Positions 7,842 to 17,325 of a stretch of 64,000 nucleotides of DNA are shown here, one piece after another (positions within the stretch are counted from its first letter, which is position 1; each line of letters begins with the position of its first letter). Made by a program: the position numbers and the translations under genes. The stretch lies in the NCBI GenBank assembly GCA_963662945.1, contig OY759974.1, positions 352,001 through 416,000 of the forward strand, written 5' to 3'. Under the pieces are notes generated by a model that worked only from the letters and a program-made list of their open reading frames with translations, did no database searches and was not told the DNA's origin. Origin of the DNA: Arcobacteraceae bacterium (GTDB taxonomy: Bacteria; Campylobacterota; Campylobacteria; Campylobacterales; Arcobacteraceae).

Positions 7842-9378
7842 AAAACAATTTTACTTTTCACTAATGTTTTTTGCATTAGGATTATTCTTTGGGTTATTAT
7901 ACTCATTTAACTTACTTGGATTTGATTTTCATTCAGACATATTAAATCCTATCAATACAAGGTCTATTCATATCTCTTTGATGCTATATGGCTTTATCCC
8001 TTTGATGCTTTCTTATTTGCCTTTTTTAATTATCTCAAAAGATAAAATATATGATGAAAAAGCTTTAAGATATCTGGAACTTTATACACTCTTTTGGTAT
8101 ATCTTTTTAATCTTTATGGTTATCTCTTTACTTTTAGGGATTAATAGAGGATTAGCTTTTTATGATTTTCATTATAGTTTAAATTTTATCTTAGCCTTTG
8201 CAGGATTGTTCTATGGGTTAAGCCTTTATAGATATATCAAATTGTATGAAACTATCCCTTTATGGATAAGAGTGTGTTTATATGTAGTGATTGCTGCACC
8301 TTTTGTTTTAATTATACTTATGAACCCAACTATTGGACAAGTGGAAGCAACTATTAGTGGACCACATGGGGATAATACTTTAGGGATGAGTTTAGCTTTG
8401 ATTCCTATTTATTACCTCATCATCAAATATCTAAGTACTAGTGATTTTAAAGCAAGATGGAATATCTTTTGGATAATCCCATTTTTCTTTTATATTCTTT
8501 CAGTATTACATAGAGTATTTATAGGGGAACTTTCATACAACCAAGAGTGGTTTTTCCAATGGCTCAGTTTTCTCTATGTTCCACTACTATACAGATGGTA
8601 CAAAGATGCAAACATACCAAGTAGTTCAAAAAAACTTTTACTTATCTCGCTTGTTGGATTTTTATTTGTAGATATTGAGGGAAATATCCTTTTTATAGAA
8701 TCTATTAGATGGCTTTTCCATAGAAACGACCTTATAGTTGCACACGCACATATCGCTATGGGTGTTGGGGTATTGTTTATGGCTTTAAGTTTATATGGAG
8801 AAGTTATCAAAGAGTTACAAAAAAAGATATTCTGGCAACTTTATATTCTAGCTATGTTAATTATACTTATCGCTCTTTCTATCTCTGGTTTTGTCCAAGC
8901 TGGAATAATAAGTCTTGATATTCAAACTCTTTGGAGTATACGAACTATTGGCGGGATTGTTGGTATAGGTTCTTTAATAGTATTTATAAAACTTCAAACA
9001 AACTATACAAAACTAGAACTCTATAATATTTTTGGTATTTTTAGTGATGGAGTTGGAGGGATAATTCTTTTTCTCTTTGCATCATCTTTATATCCACTTG
9101 TTGGCTTTAAGTTTAGTGGCGTATATGAGTATGTTGTATTTGGTTTTGTAAGTATGACAGGGATTATTCACTATATGGCATTTAAATACAAAGAACACTC
9201 ACAAATACTGACACAACTTACTGCAATAATAAGAGTTTTTGTTAGTGGGATATTTTTAACTCTTTTTTTAAGTCATAGATTAGGACTAGAAGCTTTAGGA
9301 ATATTCTTCTTTGACTTTACTTATGTAGTTATTTATTTACTATTTTTCTATAAGTCTATAGAAAAAAAGGAGGTATAA
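7816..9378 (+). CDS. Polytopic membrane protein related to heme-copper oxidase subunit I (CcoN/NorB-like), active site degenerate
   Basis: RSIH in an early helix; IEGNILFIESIRWLFHRNDLIVAHAHIAMG parallels the CcoN EG...H...H-x-H segment; no HH pair. Confidence 0.6.
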   Translation: MEKFQIFIKKQFYFSLMFFALGLFFGLLYSFNLLGFDFHSDILNPINTRSIHISLMLYGFIPLMLSYLPFLIISKDKIYDEKALRYLELYTLFWYIFLIFMVISLLLGINRGLAFYDFHYSLNFILAFAGLFYGLSLYRYIKLYETIPLWIRVCLYVVIAAPFVLIILMNPTIGQVEATISGPHGDNTLGMSLALIPIYYLIIKYLSTSDFKARWNIFWIIPFFFYILSVLHRVFIGELSYNQEWFFQWLSFLYVPLLYRWYKDANIPSSSKKLLLISLVGFLFVDIEGNILFIESIRWLFHRNDLIVAHAHIAMGVGVLFMALSLYGEVIKELQKKIFWQLYILAMLIILIALSISGFVQAGIISLDIQTLWSIRTIGGIVGIGSLIVFIKLQTNYTKLELYNIFGIFSDGVGGIILFLFASSLYPLVGFKFSGVYEYVVFGFVSMTGIIHYMAFKYKEHSQILTQLTAIIRVFVSGIFLTLFLSHRLGLEALGIFFFDFTYVVIYLLFFYKSIEKKEV

Positions 9379-9379
9379 A

Positions 9380-10369
9380 ATGTTCAATCTAGCTTTAATT
9401 TTATTTGTTGCATTTGAACTATGTTACTATCTTCTTATAGCACAAACAGGTATTGTAGAATATTTTGGTTCAGATTTAACACTTATTATCTATATGCCTA
9501 TTGGTGGAATGATTGGTTCAATTTTGAGTACTTATATAAAATATCATCTCAAAAGAAAACTACAATTTCTCCTTTTAGGACAGTTATTAGTAACATTTTT
9601 TTATCCAAACCTTAATTTTATAATGTTATTTATCTTAGGACTAAGTGTTGGGGGAATTGCACCTTTGATTATAGAGTCTTTAAAAAAAGCAACTGCCAAT
9701 GACTTTATAGCAATCTTAAGTATCTCTTATGTTCTAGGAACAAGTTTATTTAATACCCCTGTGGAGGATAGAATTTTTTATGGTATTGTTTTTACAATTA
9801 TTAGTTTAGCAAGTATTTTTTGGTTAAATACGCATGAGGTTCAAAAAATAAAAAATAAAAATAAAACTATCAACTATCCAATCATTATGATGATGTTATG
9901 GGTATTTTTAGATTCAGCACTTTTTGAAACACTTTCAAGAGATATTCAAATACCTATATGGAGAGGAGGATTTAGTTATGAGATTATGCTATTTCATATT
10001 GTTGGTGTAGTTTTTGCTATTAAGTTACAACTACAATATAAACACAAAGAGATGGTTATTGGCTCTTTCTTTGCTCTTTCTTATCTTTTTTATTTTATAA
10101 GAGAACCACTATTGTTAAGTATTGTTTATCCTTTTGTGATATCATACTACAATACAATAATTTTACAAGAGTTAATAAAAATAAAAAATATAAAACAAAT
10201 AGGAATATCTATGTTACTCATAGGTTGGGTTGCAAGCGGTGCTGGACTATTTTTTGCATTAGAAGATTTAATGATGTTTATCCCTATAATTTTTCTTGCT
10301 TTTATAATAACTAGCGAACTTTTTCTTAATAAAAAAACAAATTCACAACAAGGAGTATATTATGTTTAA
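9380..10369 (+). CDS. Polytopic membrane protein, possibly MFS-like
   Basis: About 10-12 hydrophobic segments; strong SD (AAGGAGG); operonic. Confidence 0.6.
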   Translation: MFNLALILFVAFELCYYLLIAQTGIVEYFGSDLTLIIYMPIGGMIGSILSTYIKYHLKRKLQFLLLGQLLVTFFYPNLNFIMLFILGLSVGGIAPLIIESLKKATANDFIAILSISYVLGTSLFNTPVEDRIFYGIVFTIISLASIFWLNTHEVQKIKNKNKTINYPIIMMMLWVFLDSALFETLSRDIQIPIWRGGFSYEIMLFHIVGVVFAIKLQLQYKHKEMVIGSFFALSYLFYFIREPLLLSIVYPFVISYYNTIILQELIKIKNIKQIGISMLLIGWVASGAGLFFALEDLMMFIPIIFLAFIITSELFLNKKTNSQQGVYYV

Positions 10370-10889
10370 AATTTTAATCACAACAGCGATACTGGCTATT
10401 TGCAGCTTTGCAAATGTTTTACAAGTACAAGAGGGGTATATCAAAGCACATACAGAAGTTTTTGGGGATTCTACAATTGACCCACAAACACCCCATATAG
10501 GAACATCTCTTACAATAAACGAAACTATAGAGTCAATAAAAGGTGTGATATTTATCTCAGCAGTTGATCTTATCTCAGATAATAGTAAAAGAGATGAACA
10601 TATGTATGAAGTACTTAATGTTAAGAATTTTTCAACAATAAGTTTTACTATAAACAGTATTACAAAAGAGAAAGAGAATTATATCTTAAATGGTATATTG
10701 GCTCTTCATGGTGTACAAAAAGAGATGAATATCAAAGCAAAGATTTTAAAAGAAAATGGTACTGTACAAATTCATTCACTTTTTAGTATAAAAATGACTG
10801 ACTTTGGTATAGAACCACCGGTTATGATATTTTTAACTGTAAGAGACCAAGTGGATATAGATGTAAATTTAAACCTAAAGGAGAAATAG
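10362..10889 (+). CDS. YceI-family periplasmic lipid/polyisoprenoid-binding protein
   Basis: Signal peptide; NSKRDEHM, GILALHGVQK, IKMTDFGI motifs typical of YceI. Confidence 0.85.
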   Translation: MFKILITTAILAICSFANVLQVQEGYIKAHTEVFGDSTIDPQTPHIGTSLTINETIESIKGVIFISAVDLISDNSKRDEHMYEVLNVKNFSTISFTINSITKEKENYILNGILALHGVQKEMNIKAKILKENGTVQIHSLFSIKMTDFGIEPPVMIFLTVRDQVDIDVNLNLKEK

Positions 10890-11345
10890 ATGTTAAAAAC
10901 ATTTTTAATCTTAATTTTCGTAAGTATAGTAAGTTTTGCAGACTTTTTAAAAATTGGAGATACACTTACACCATTTAATCTTCCTGATCAATTTGATAAA
11001 GTACATACTATTAGTAGTGATAAGTATGAGATATTCTTAGTATCGTTTGCCAAAGAAACTTCAGGAAAAGTAAATGAATTTTTAAAACAACAAGAAGATG
11101 GATTTTTAGATAAAAACAAGATTGTATATATCTCAGATATTCATACAATGCCCTCTTTTGTAACTTCACTTTTTGCATTACCTAAAATGAGAAAATATAA
11201 ATATACTCTTATGCTTATGTATGAAGAGAATAAAATATTTCCACAACAAGGTGAAGCATTAACTGTTATTAGATTTAAAGATAACAAAATAAATTCTATT
11301 GAATTTATACAAGAAGATGAAAGTATTGACTCGATTTTTAACTAA
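10890..11345 (+). CDS. Exported thioredoxin-like-fold protein without CxxC
   Basis: Signal peptide; IGDTLTPFNLPDQFDKVH resembles a redoxin N-terminus; no cysteines. Confidence 0.55.
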   Translation: MLKTFLILIFVSIVSFADFLKIGDTLTPFNLPDQFDKVHTISSDKYEIFLVSFAKETSGKVNEFLKQQEDGFLDKNKIVYISDIHTMPSFVTSLFALPKMRKYKYTLMLMYEENKIFPQQGEALTVIRFKDNKINSIEFIQEDESIDSIFN

Positions 11346-12096
11346 ATTTCAAAAAACAACTTTAGATATAAATCCCTCTATTGTATCTATACCAATAGAG
11401 GGAGAGTTTGAACATTTTATTGATATGGAAATCCTTCATTTAAGTGATCTGCATATCAATAAAAAAACTACACTCAATGAATTTCAAAATCTCATTCATA
11501 CTATAAATGCAACCAAAGTAGATTTTGTAGTATTAACAGGAGATTTAATAGATACAAAAATCTCAAATATTATAGAGATACTTTTAGAACTAAAGAATAT
11601 ACAACACAAAACTTACTTTGTCAGTGGCAATCATGATATTTTTTATGGATACCATGAACTTCTAAAGATACTAGAAACTTGTAATATTCAAATTTTAGAC
11701 AACAAATATCTCACTTTAGAATATAACAAAAAAGATTTTATTCTAGCAGGTCTTAGTGATAGATTTTCAAAATATTTTAAAATTCAAAGAGATGAACAAA
11801 CACTTATAAATCAACTTCAAGATACAAATAATTTTAAAATATTTTTAGCACACCAACCCAAAGACTACCTATATGCTTTAAAGTCACATGCACAACTTTT
11901 CCTTTGTGGACATACACATGGAGGACAAATTTATCCCTTTCATTATCTAGTACGTTTAGTACAACCATTTTTAAGTGGTCTTCATTTTGTAAAGAACCTT
12001 GCAATATATGTAAACAAAGGGATTGGAACTTGGGGAATTGGGTATAGATTGTATGCACAAAGTGAACTCACTATTATAAAATTAACAAAAAAGTAG
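11317..12096 (+). CDS. Calcineurin-like metallophosphoesterase (YkuE-like)
   Basis: LSDLH, TGDLID, SGNHD, LAHQP, CGHTHGGQ motifs. ATG at 11317 preferred. Confidence 0.9.
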   Translation: MKVLTRFLTKFQKTTLDINPSIVSIPIEGEFEHFIDMEILHLSDLHINKKTTLNEFQNLIHTINATKVDFVVLTGDLIDTKISNIIEILLELKNIQHKTYFVSGNHDIFYGYHELLKILETCNIQILDNKYLTLEYNKKDFILAGLSDRFSKYFKIQRDEQTLINQLQDTNNFKIFLAHQPKDYLYALKSHAQLFLCGHTHGGQIYPFHYLVRLVQPFLSGLHFVKNLAIYVNKGIGTWGIGYRLYAQSELTIIKLTKK

Positions 12097-12107
12097 TATA
12101 ATAATTT

Positions 12108-12785
12108 ATGAAAATATTACTAATCGAAGATGATATCAGAATAATTAACTTTTTAAAAAAAGGGCTTACTGAAGAGGGATACACTGTTGATGTAGCCCAA
12201 AATGGAGAAGATGGACTTTATCTTGTGAGTGTTAATCCTTATGATATAATTTTATTAGATATTATGCTCCCTGTCATTGATGGATTTGAAGTTTGCCAAA
12301 AATTACGAACTATAAATAGTGATATACCTATTATTATACTCACAGCACGTGATAGCTTAGATGATAAAATCAATGGACTTGATATAGGTGCAAATGATTA
12401 TATTTCAAAACCATTTTCATTTTCTGAACTTTTAGCAAGAATCAGAGTACAACTTCGAACAAAAGATATCACTACAACAAAACTAACTCTTGATAGTTTA
12501 GAATTAGACTTATTACATAAAAAAGCCTCAAGAGAGGGAAAGTTTATAAAACTTACAGCCAAAGAGTTTGCACTTTTAGAATTTCTTTTACGAAATAAAG
12601 AAAAAATAGTCTCAGAAACAATGATTAGTGATAATTTAACAGAACTAAATGAAGCCAATATGAGTAATATAATCAATGTATATATCTATAGACTCCGAAA
12701 TAAAATAGATAAAAACTATGATAAAAAACTTATCAAAACAGTTCGAGGAATGGGTTATGTTATAACCTCTCATGATGAATACTAA
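12108..12785 (+). CDS. OmpR/PhoB-family response regulator (second copy)
   Basis: LIEDD, LDIMLP, ILTAR, GANDYISKPFS, VYIYRLRNK, TVRGMGY. Confidence 0.95.
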   Translation: MKILLIEDDIRIINFLKKGLTEEGYTVDVAQNGEDGLYLVSVNPYDIILLDIMLPVIDGFEVCQKLRTINSDIPIIILTARDSLDDKINGLDIGANDYISKPFSFSELLARIRVQLRTKDITTTKLTLDSLELDLLHKKASREGKFIKLTAKEFALLEFLLRNKEKIVSETMISDNLTELNEANMSNIINVYIYRLRNKIDKNYDKKLIKTVRGMGYVITSHDEY

Positions 12786-14142
12786 AGTTTCTATAAAAAA
12801 ACAACTTTTACAATACTACCTAATAGTTCAGGTAGTTATACTTATGCTTTTTGGATATATTTTATATAATTCTCTTAAACAAACAACAATAAATGAACTC
12901 AAATCAACTTTAAAAATTATTATCCTTGATATAAAAGATGATATTTCTGAACACAATAAAATTGAAGACGTGGAATTAGATGAAAACAAAGAATTTGATT
13001 TTGAAGCTTTATATATAAAAGTTATCAAAATAAACTCAGCTAACAACTCCATAGAAGAAATTAAATCAACCAAATTTCCACAGGAACTAATAAATAAAAA
13101 AGAATATTTGCTAAACTTGGAACTTGATAATATCTCATTTGAATCTAAAGCTGATTATCTTATTGCTTATCTCAAAATAGAATATAAAAATGATTTATAT
13201 GTTATAGAAGTAACTACAAAACAAGAAAAACTTAATAGTATAGTTACAAACTTTATCTATATTTTACTTTTAGCTACACCTTTGGTTCTTATTATTTCGA
13301 TTATTCTAGGAAACTATATCATTACTAAAAGTTTTTATCCTATAGATAATCTTCTTTATCAAATAAAACAAATTAAAGGCGATAATATTTCTAAAAGAAT
13401 TAATATTAAAAATAGCAAAGATGAAATAGACCTTATCTCTATTGAGATAAATAAACTACTCCAAAGAATGGATGACTATTTTCATAAAATTGAACAATTT
13501 AACTATGACGTTTCTCATGAACTAAAAACACCTCTTACAATTATCAGAGGTGAATTAGAAGTCCTTTTAAGAAAAGAGAGACCTATAGATGAATATAAAC
13601 ACAGTATCAATGAATCATTACAAGAAATACTCTCTTTACAAAAACTCATTGATGATTTACTCTTTTTGGCAAAAGTTGATACAACTGATACTATTTTTGA
13701 AGAGATTTATCTTGATGAACTTCTTCTTACTAGTATCAAAGATATGGAAAAAACAGCACTACTAAAACACTGTACTTTAAACTATAACATAAAAGATGCA
13801 ATCACAGTTAGTGGAAATGAAACTCTTCTGAAAATACTTCTTAAAAATATTATTGAAAATGCTATTTTTTATTCAAAAGAAAATTCTGATATAAATATCA
13901 CCCTTTCTCGAAAAAACAATGATAAACTTATAGAAATTGAAGATTTTGGTTTAGGGATGACACAAGAAGAAATAGATAAGATTTATGATAAATTTTACAA
14001 AAGTGATAAAAGTCGTTCTCAAAATCCACAAAGCAGTGGTTTAGGGATGTCAATAGTAAAAAATATAGCCCAAATTCATCATATAAAAACAGATATTCAG
14101 AGCCAAAAAAATAAAGGAACTAAAATCACTCTAACTTTTTAA
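12772..14142 (+). CDS. Sensor histidine kinase (second copy)
   Basis: Two TMs, HAMP, DVSHELKTPLT, NIIENAIFYS, DFGLGM, SGLGMSIV. Confidence 0.93.
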   Translation: MMNTKVSIKKQLLQYYLIVQVVILMLFGYILYNSLKQTTINELKSTLKIIILDIKDDISEHNKIEDVELDENKEFDFEALYIKVIKINSANNSIEEIKSTKFPQELINKKEYLLNLELDNISFESKADYLIAYLKIEYKNDLYVIEVTTKQEKLNSIVTNFIYILLLATPLVLIISIILGNYIITKSFYPIDNLLYQIKQIKGDNISKRINIKNSKDEIDLISIEINKLLQRMDDYFHKIEQFNYDVSHELKTPLTIIRGELEVLLRKERPIDEYKHSINESLQEILSLQKLIDDLLFLAKVDTTDTIFEEIYLDELLLTSIKDMEKTALLKHCTLNYNIKDAITVSGNETLLKILLKNIIENAIFYSKENSDINITLSRKNNDKLIEIEDFGLGMTQEEIDKIYDKFYKSDKSRSQNPQSSGLGMSIVKNIAQIHHIKTDIQSQKNKGTKITLTF

Positions 14143-14194
14143 AAATCTAAAGTAATTTATCAAATTATTACTAATTTTTAGATAGCATTTCTCC

Positions 14195-15304
14195 ATGGTA
14201 TACTTTTTTGATAAGCGGATAATTTCCCATTTTAACTTTGAACTTATTTTACTCATAGTGCCTTTAGCATTTTTATCACATTATCTTATTCTAGAAACAA
14301 ATGAAGTACTCGCACAAAAACAACTCATATATTATTCTCTCTCTATTGCTGCATTTATAGGAGTATTTATAATTCCGTTTAGAAATCTTACTAGATTTAT
14401 ACCGTTTATTTATTGGTTTGGAATATTTTTACTACTTTTAGTTGAAGTTGCAGGAGTAACAAAACTTGGTGCTACAAGATGGGTTGAGATACCTATAATT
14501 CATATGACTATTCAACCATCAGAATTGTTTAAACCTGCCTTTTTACTTATGATTGGATTTTTAGTAGCAAATAGACCTCCTCCAAAAGAAGGATATGGAC
14601 TTAAAGATTTTTCATATTTTAGTTTTTATATTTTATTACCATTTATTCTTATAGCAAAAGAACCTGACTTAGGAACAGCGCTTGTGCTTCTTTTTGTTGG
14701 GTATGGTGTATTATTTTTACTTGGTATTCATTGGAAAATTATAGCAGCTATTGTACTTATACTAGGTATTAGTTCTCCTATAATTTATACCTATTTAATC
14801 AAAGATTATCAAAAAAAGAGAATCCATGATTTTATTAGTGAAGAACCTAGTTATCATGTAAAACAGTCTTTAATCGCCATTGGTTCAGGTGGACTCATTG
14901 GAAAAGATAAAGATGAAGCTACCCAAACACAACTGAAGTTTTTACCTATTGCTACAAGCGATTTTATTTTTGCCTCATTTGTTGAAAGATATGGTTTTAT
15001 GGGTTCTGTTGGATTAGTTTTTTTGTATCTCTTGATTATTATTCATCTCTTGCTATTGCATAAGCATTTTCAAAAAGATTTTCTCATTAGTGTTTTCTCC
15101 AGTGGCTTAGCGATGCTTCTGTTTTTAAATATGAGTATCAATATACTAATGGTGATAGGATTTGCACCAGTTGTTGGATTGCCATTACCTTTATTTAGCT
15201 ATGGTGGAAGTTCTTTTATCAACTTTGTTGTTCTTTTTGCTATTTTAGAAAATCTTATTGCATTTAGATTTATGGATGGCTATAGCTTTAATAGAAAAAT
15301 GTAA
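14195..15304 (+). CDS. rodA: SEDS-family peptidoglycan polymerase RodA
   Basis: GATRW, IQPSELFK, EPDLGTA, SLIAIGSGG, TSDFIF, GLPLPLFSYGGSS. Confidence 0.92.
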   Translation: MVYFFDKRIISHFNFELILLIVPLAFLSHYLILETNEVLAQKQLIYYSLSIAAFIGVFIIPFRNLTRFIPFIYWFGIFLLLLVEVAGVTKLGATRWVEIPIIHMTIQPSELFKPAFLLMIGFLVANRPPPKEGYGLKDFSYFSFYILLPFILIAKEPDLGTALVLLFVGYGVLFLLGIHWKIIAAIVLILGISSPIIYTYLIKDYQKKRIHDFISEEPSYHVKQSLIAIGSGGLIGKDKDEATQTQLKFLPIATSDFIFASFVERYGFMGSVGLVFLYLLIIIHLLLLHKHFQKDFLISVFSSGLAMLLFLNMSINILMVIGFAPVVGLPLPLFSYGGSSFINFVVLFAILENLIAFRFMDGYSFNRKM

Positions 15305-15362
15305 GCAACTCCACAGTATGAAAAGATGCGTTAATTCAAGTTTTTTTAGATAAAATAACCAA

Positions 15363-15560
15363 ATGAATACAATTGATATATTAAAAAATAAAGTTTTACA
15401 AGTTACAAAAGAGTTTAACTTTCTTCTACAAGAGAATAAACAACTTAAATATAAGTTAGAACAACTCCAAGAAAAAAATGATATATTAACAAGAAAAAGT
15501 GAGGATTTAATCCTTACAATCAACAGTAGACTAAGACAAGAAGAGGATGAGCCAAAGTGA
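15363..15560 (+). CDS. Small coiled-coil protein, ZapB-like
   Basis: 65-aa continuous heptad pattern (LLQENKQLKYKLEQL); overlaps the next gene by GTGA. Confidence 0.55.
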   Translation: MNTIDILKNKVLQVTKEFNFLLQENKQLKYKLEQLQEKNDILTRKSEDLILTINSRLRQEEDEPK

Positions 15561-15793
15561 AAAACATCACATTTCATATCAACAACGAAGCTTATACTGT
15601 AGATATAGGGGAAGACCCAGAAGATAAACTTCAAAATGGACTTAAAAAGTTTCTTACAACTGAAAAAAACCTAAGCACTGCTGAATTACTTTTAGCTTAC
15701 TTACGAAAGTCTCAAGAACTTATTAATTTTGAAGAAGAAGTAAATCAACAAATAACACAACTTCCTAGTTTAGAAGACTTAAGAGTACTCTAA
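15557..15793 (+). CDS. Small protein, ZapA-like
   Basis: N-terminal ITFHINNEAYTV beta-hairpin-like pattern followed by helices; SD GAGGA; follows the ZapB-like gene. Confidence 0.5.
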   Translation: MKNITFHINNEAYTVDIGEDPEDKLQNGLKKFLTTEKNLSTAELLLAYLRKSQELINFEEEVNQQITQLPSLEDLRVL

Positions 15794-15796
15794 TCA

Positions 15797-16489
15797 TTAA
15801 AATAATTTAGACTTTAAAGTCTTCTCCACCTCTTTATAATCAGGCATATACAAACTCACCAGATTCCAAAATCTTTGAGAATGGTTTTTTTCCTCAATAT
15901 GACATAATTCATGTAAAACAACATATTCTATCGCTTTTTTATCAAACTGTAAAAGCTTATAATTTATAGAAATATTATTCTCAAAACTACAACTTCCCCA
16001 TCGGCCTTTATTAAATCTATAGCTAATATTTTGAGGATAGAGTTTTGTTTTAAAACACCACTCATCAAAGATTGGGTCTATAATTTTTATAGCATTGTAT
16101 TGATAAAACTTTTTGAGTCCTTCAACGAAGTCATCATAAGCTTGTTTTTGTTGATTGTACTGCACTAAAAAGGTATCTTTTTCAAAAGTATATTTCACAT
16201 TTTTAATGTTTTCATCTTCTACTAATTCTATAGGATAATTTTTCCCTAAAAACGGAACAACTCCACCTGAAACAAAATCAAAACTATTTTTTGGAGGTAC
16301 TTTATTTATAGTTCTTAGAATCCAATCTTTATGCTCGTATACAATCTCTTTTATCATATGCGATTTAAACTTCAATGGAGTTTTAACTACTATCTCATTT
16401 TGATTTTCTAATGCAAGACTTACACGCTTTATCTTTTTATTTGTTCTATGGATGAGTTCAAAACTCTGATTATCTAAAATAACTGTCAC
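15797..16489 (-). CDS. YgjP/DUF45-like (M48/SprT clan) metal-dependent hydrolase
   Basis: RWGSCS, EYVVLHELCH, NHSQRFW, MPDY. Confidence 0.88.
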   Translation of the reverse strand: MTVILDNQSFELIHRTNKKIKRVSLALENQNEIVVKTPLKFKSHMIKEIVYEHKDWILRTINKVPPKNSFDFVSGGVVPFLGKNYPIELVEDENIKNVKYTFEKDTFLVQYNQQKQAYDDFVEGLKKFYQYNAIKIIDPIFDEWCFKTKLYPQNISYRFNKGRWGSCSFENNISINYKLLQFDKKAIEYVVLHELCHIEEKNHSQRFWNLVSLYMPDYKEVEKTLKSKLF

Positions 16490-16967
16490 TGTTCTCTTTT
16501 AACTTTTTATATATTTCATTTATATCAGAGCTATATACTCTCGTCTCACCAACTGTTGTCATAAAATTTGTATCACCAAACCATCTAGGAACCAAATGCA
16601 TATGAATATGTTCAGCAATCCCAGCGCCTCCAGCACTCCCTAAATTCATTCCTATATTTACACCTTTTGCATTCATTACATCTTTTAAAAGTTTTACACC
16701 TTTTTGTGCATATAAAGACATCTTAGCAAAAACTTTTTCGTCTAAATCTTCCAAATTTGCTGTGTGTAAATTTGGTATTATCATAAAATGACCTGGAGAA
16801 TATGGATATTTATTCATTACTATGAAAAACTCCTCATCTCTATACAAAACACCTAGATTTTCATCATCATCAAGAGTTTTAACAATGTGACAAAATACAC
16901 ATCCTTCGATACATTTTTCTTCTTTTGATACATATTGTGTTCTCCAAGGAGCATAGAGTCTATCCAT
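16470..16967 (-). CDS. HIT-family hydrolase
   Basis: LYAPWR, CVFC, MNKYPYSPGH, HIHMHLVPRW. ATG at 16967 follows an AAAGG SD. Confidence 0.92.
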   Translation of the reverse strand: MDRLYAPWRTQYVSKEEKCIEGCVFCHIVKTLDDDENLGVLYRDEEFFIVMNKYPYSPGHFMIIPNLHTANLEDLDEKVFAKMSLYAQKGVKLLKDVMNAKGVNIGMNLGSAGGAGIAEHIHMHLVPRWFGDTNFMTTVGETRVYSSDINEIYKKLKENSDSYFR

Positions 16968-16992
16968 TGTGTTGCCTTTTTCTAAATTCATA

Positions 16993-17325
16993 TTATTTTA
17001 TAATTTTATCGCTTAATCTTATTGGCGTATCATCTTTTGTTGCAATAGCAATATAATAAACCATTGTTCCATTTTCATCTTTTGAGACAATAGAAACATT
17101 AAATCTCTCATCATTTAAGATAAAAGTATCAATTTGTGTTTGTGTATGTGAAGCTATGTACTCTTTTACAAAATCAAGATGAATCTTTGCTTGTAGATGT
17201 AAATATTTGAGTTTATTCAAGTTTGATGAAAAAGTATTACTTTGTACAATACTATAAGAAAAATAACTAATCACTACAACCAACATAATAGTAATCAACA
17301 GTGCAAAAGCTTTTTTCTCTTTCAT
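16993..17325 (-). CDS. Pilin/pseudopilin-like small protein
   Basis: MKEKKA-FALLITIMLVVVIS: basic leader plus hydrophobic helix; ATGA overlap with the upstream gene. Confidence 0.55.
   Translation of the reverse strand: MKEKKAFALLITIMLVVVISYFSYSIVQSNTFSSNLNKLKYLHLQAKIHLDFVKEYIASHTQTQIDTFILNDERFNVSIVSKDENGTMVYYIAIATKDDTPIRLSDKIIK

Noticed and set aside
15797-16489. YgjP-like gene as part of the type I RM cassette
   Set aside because: Such genes often follow hsdR, but this one is separated from it by smpB, tyrA, the pilin-like genes and HIT, and overlaps the HIT gene.
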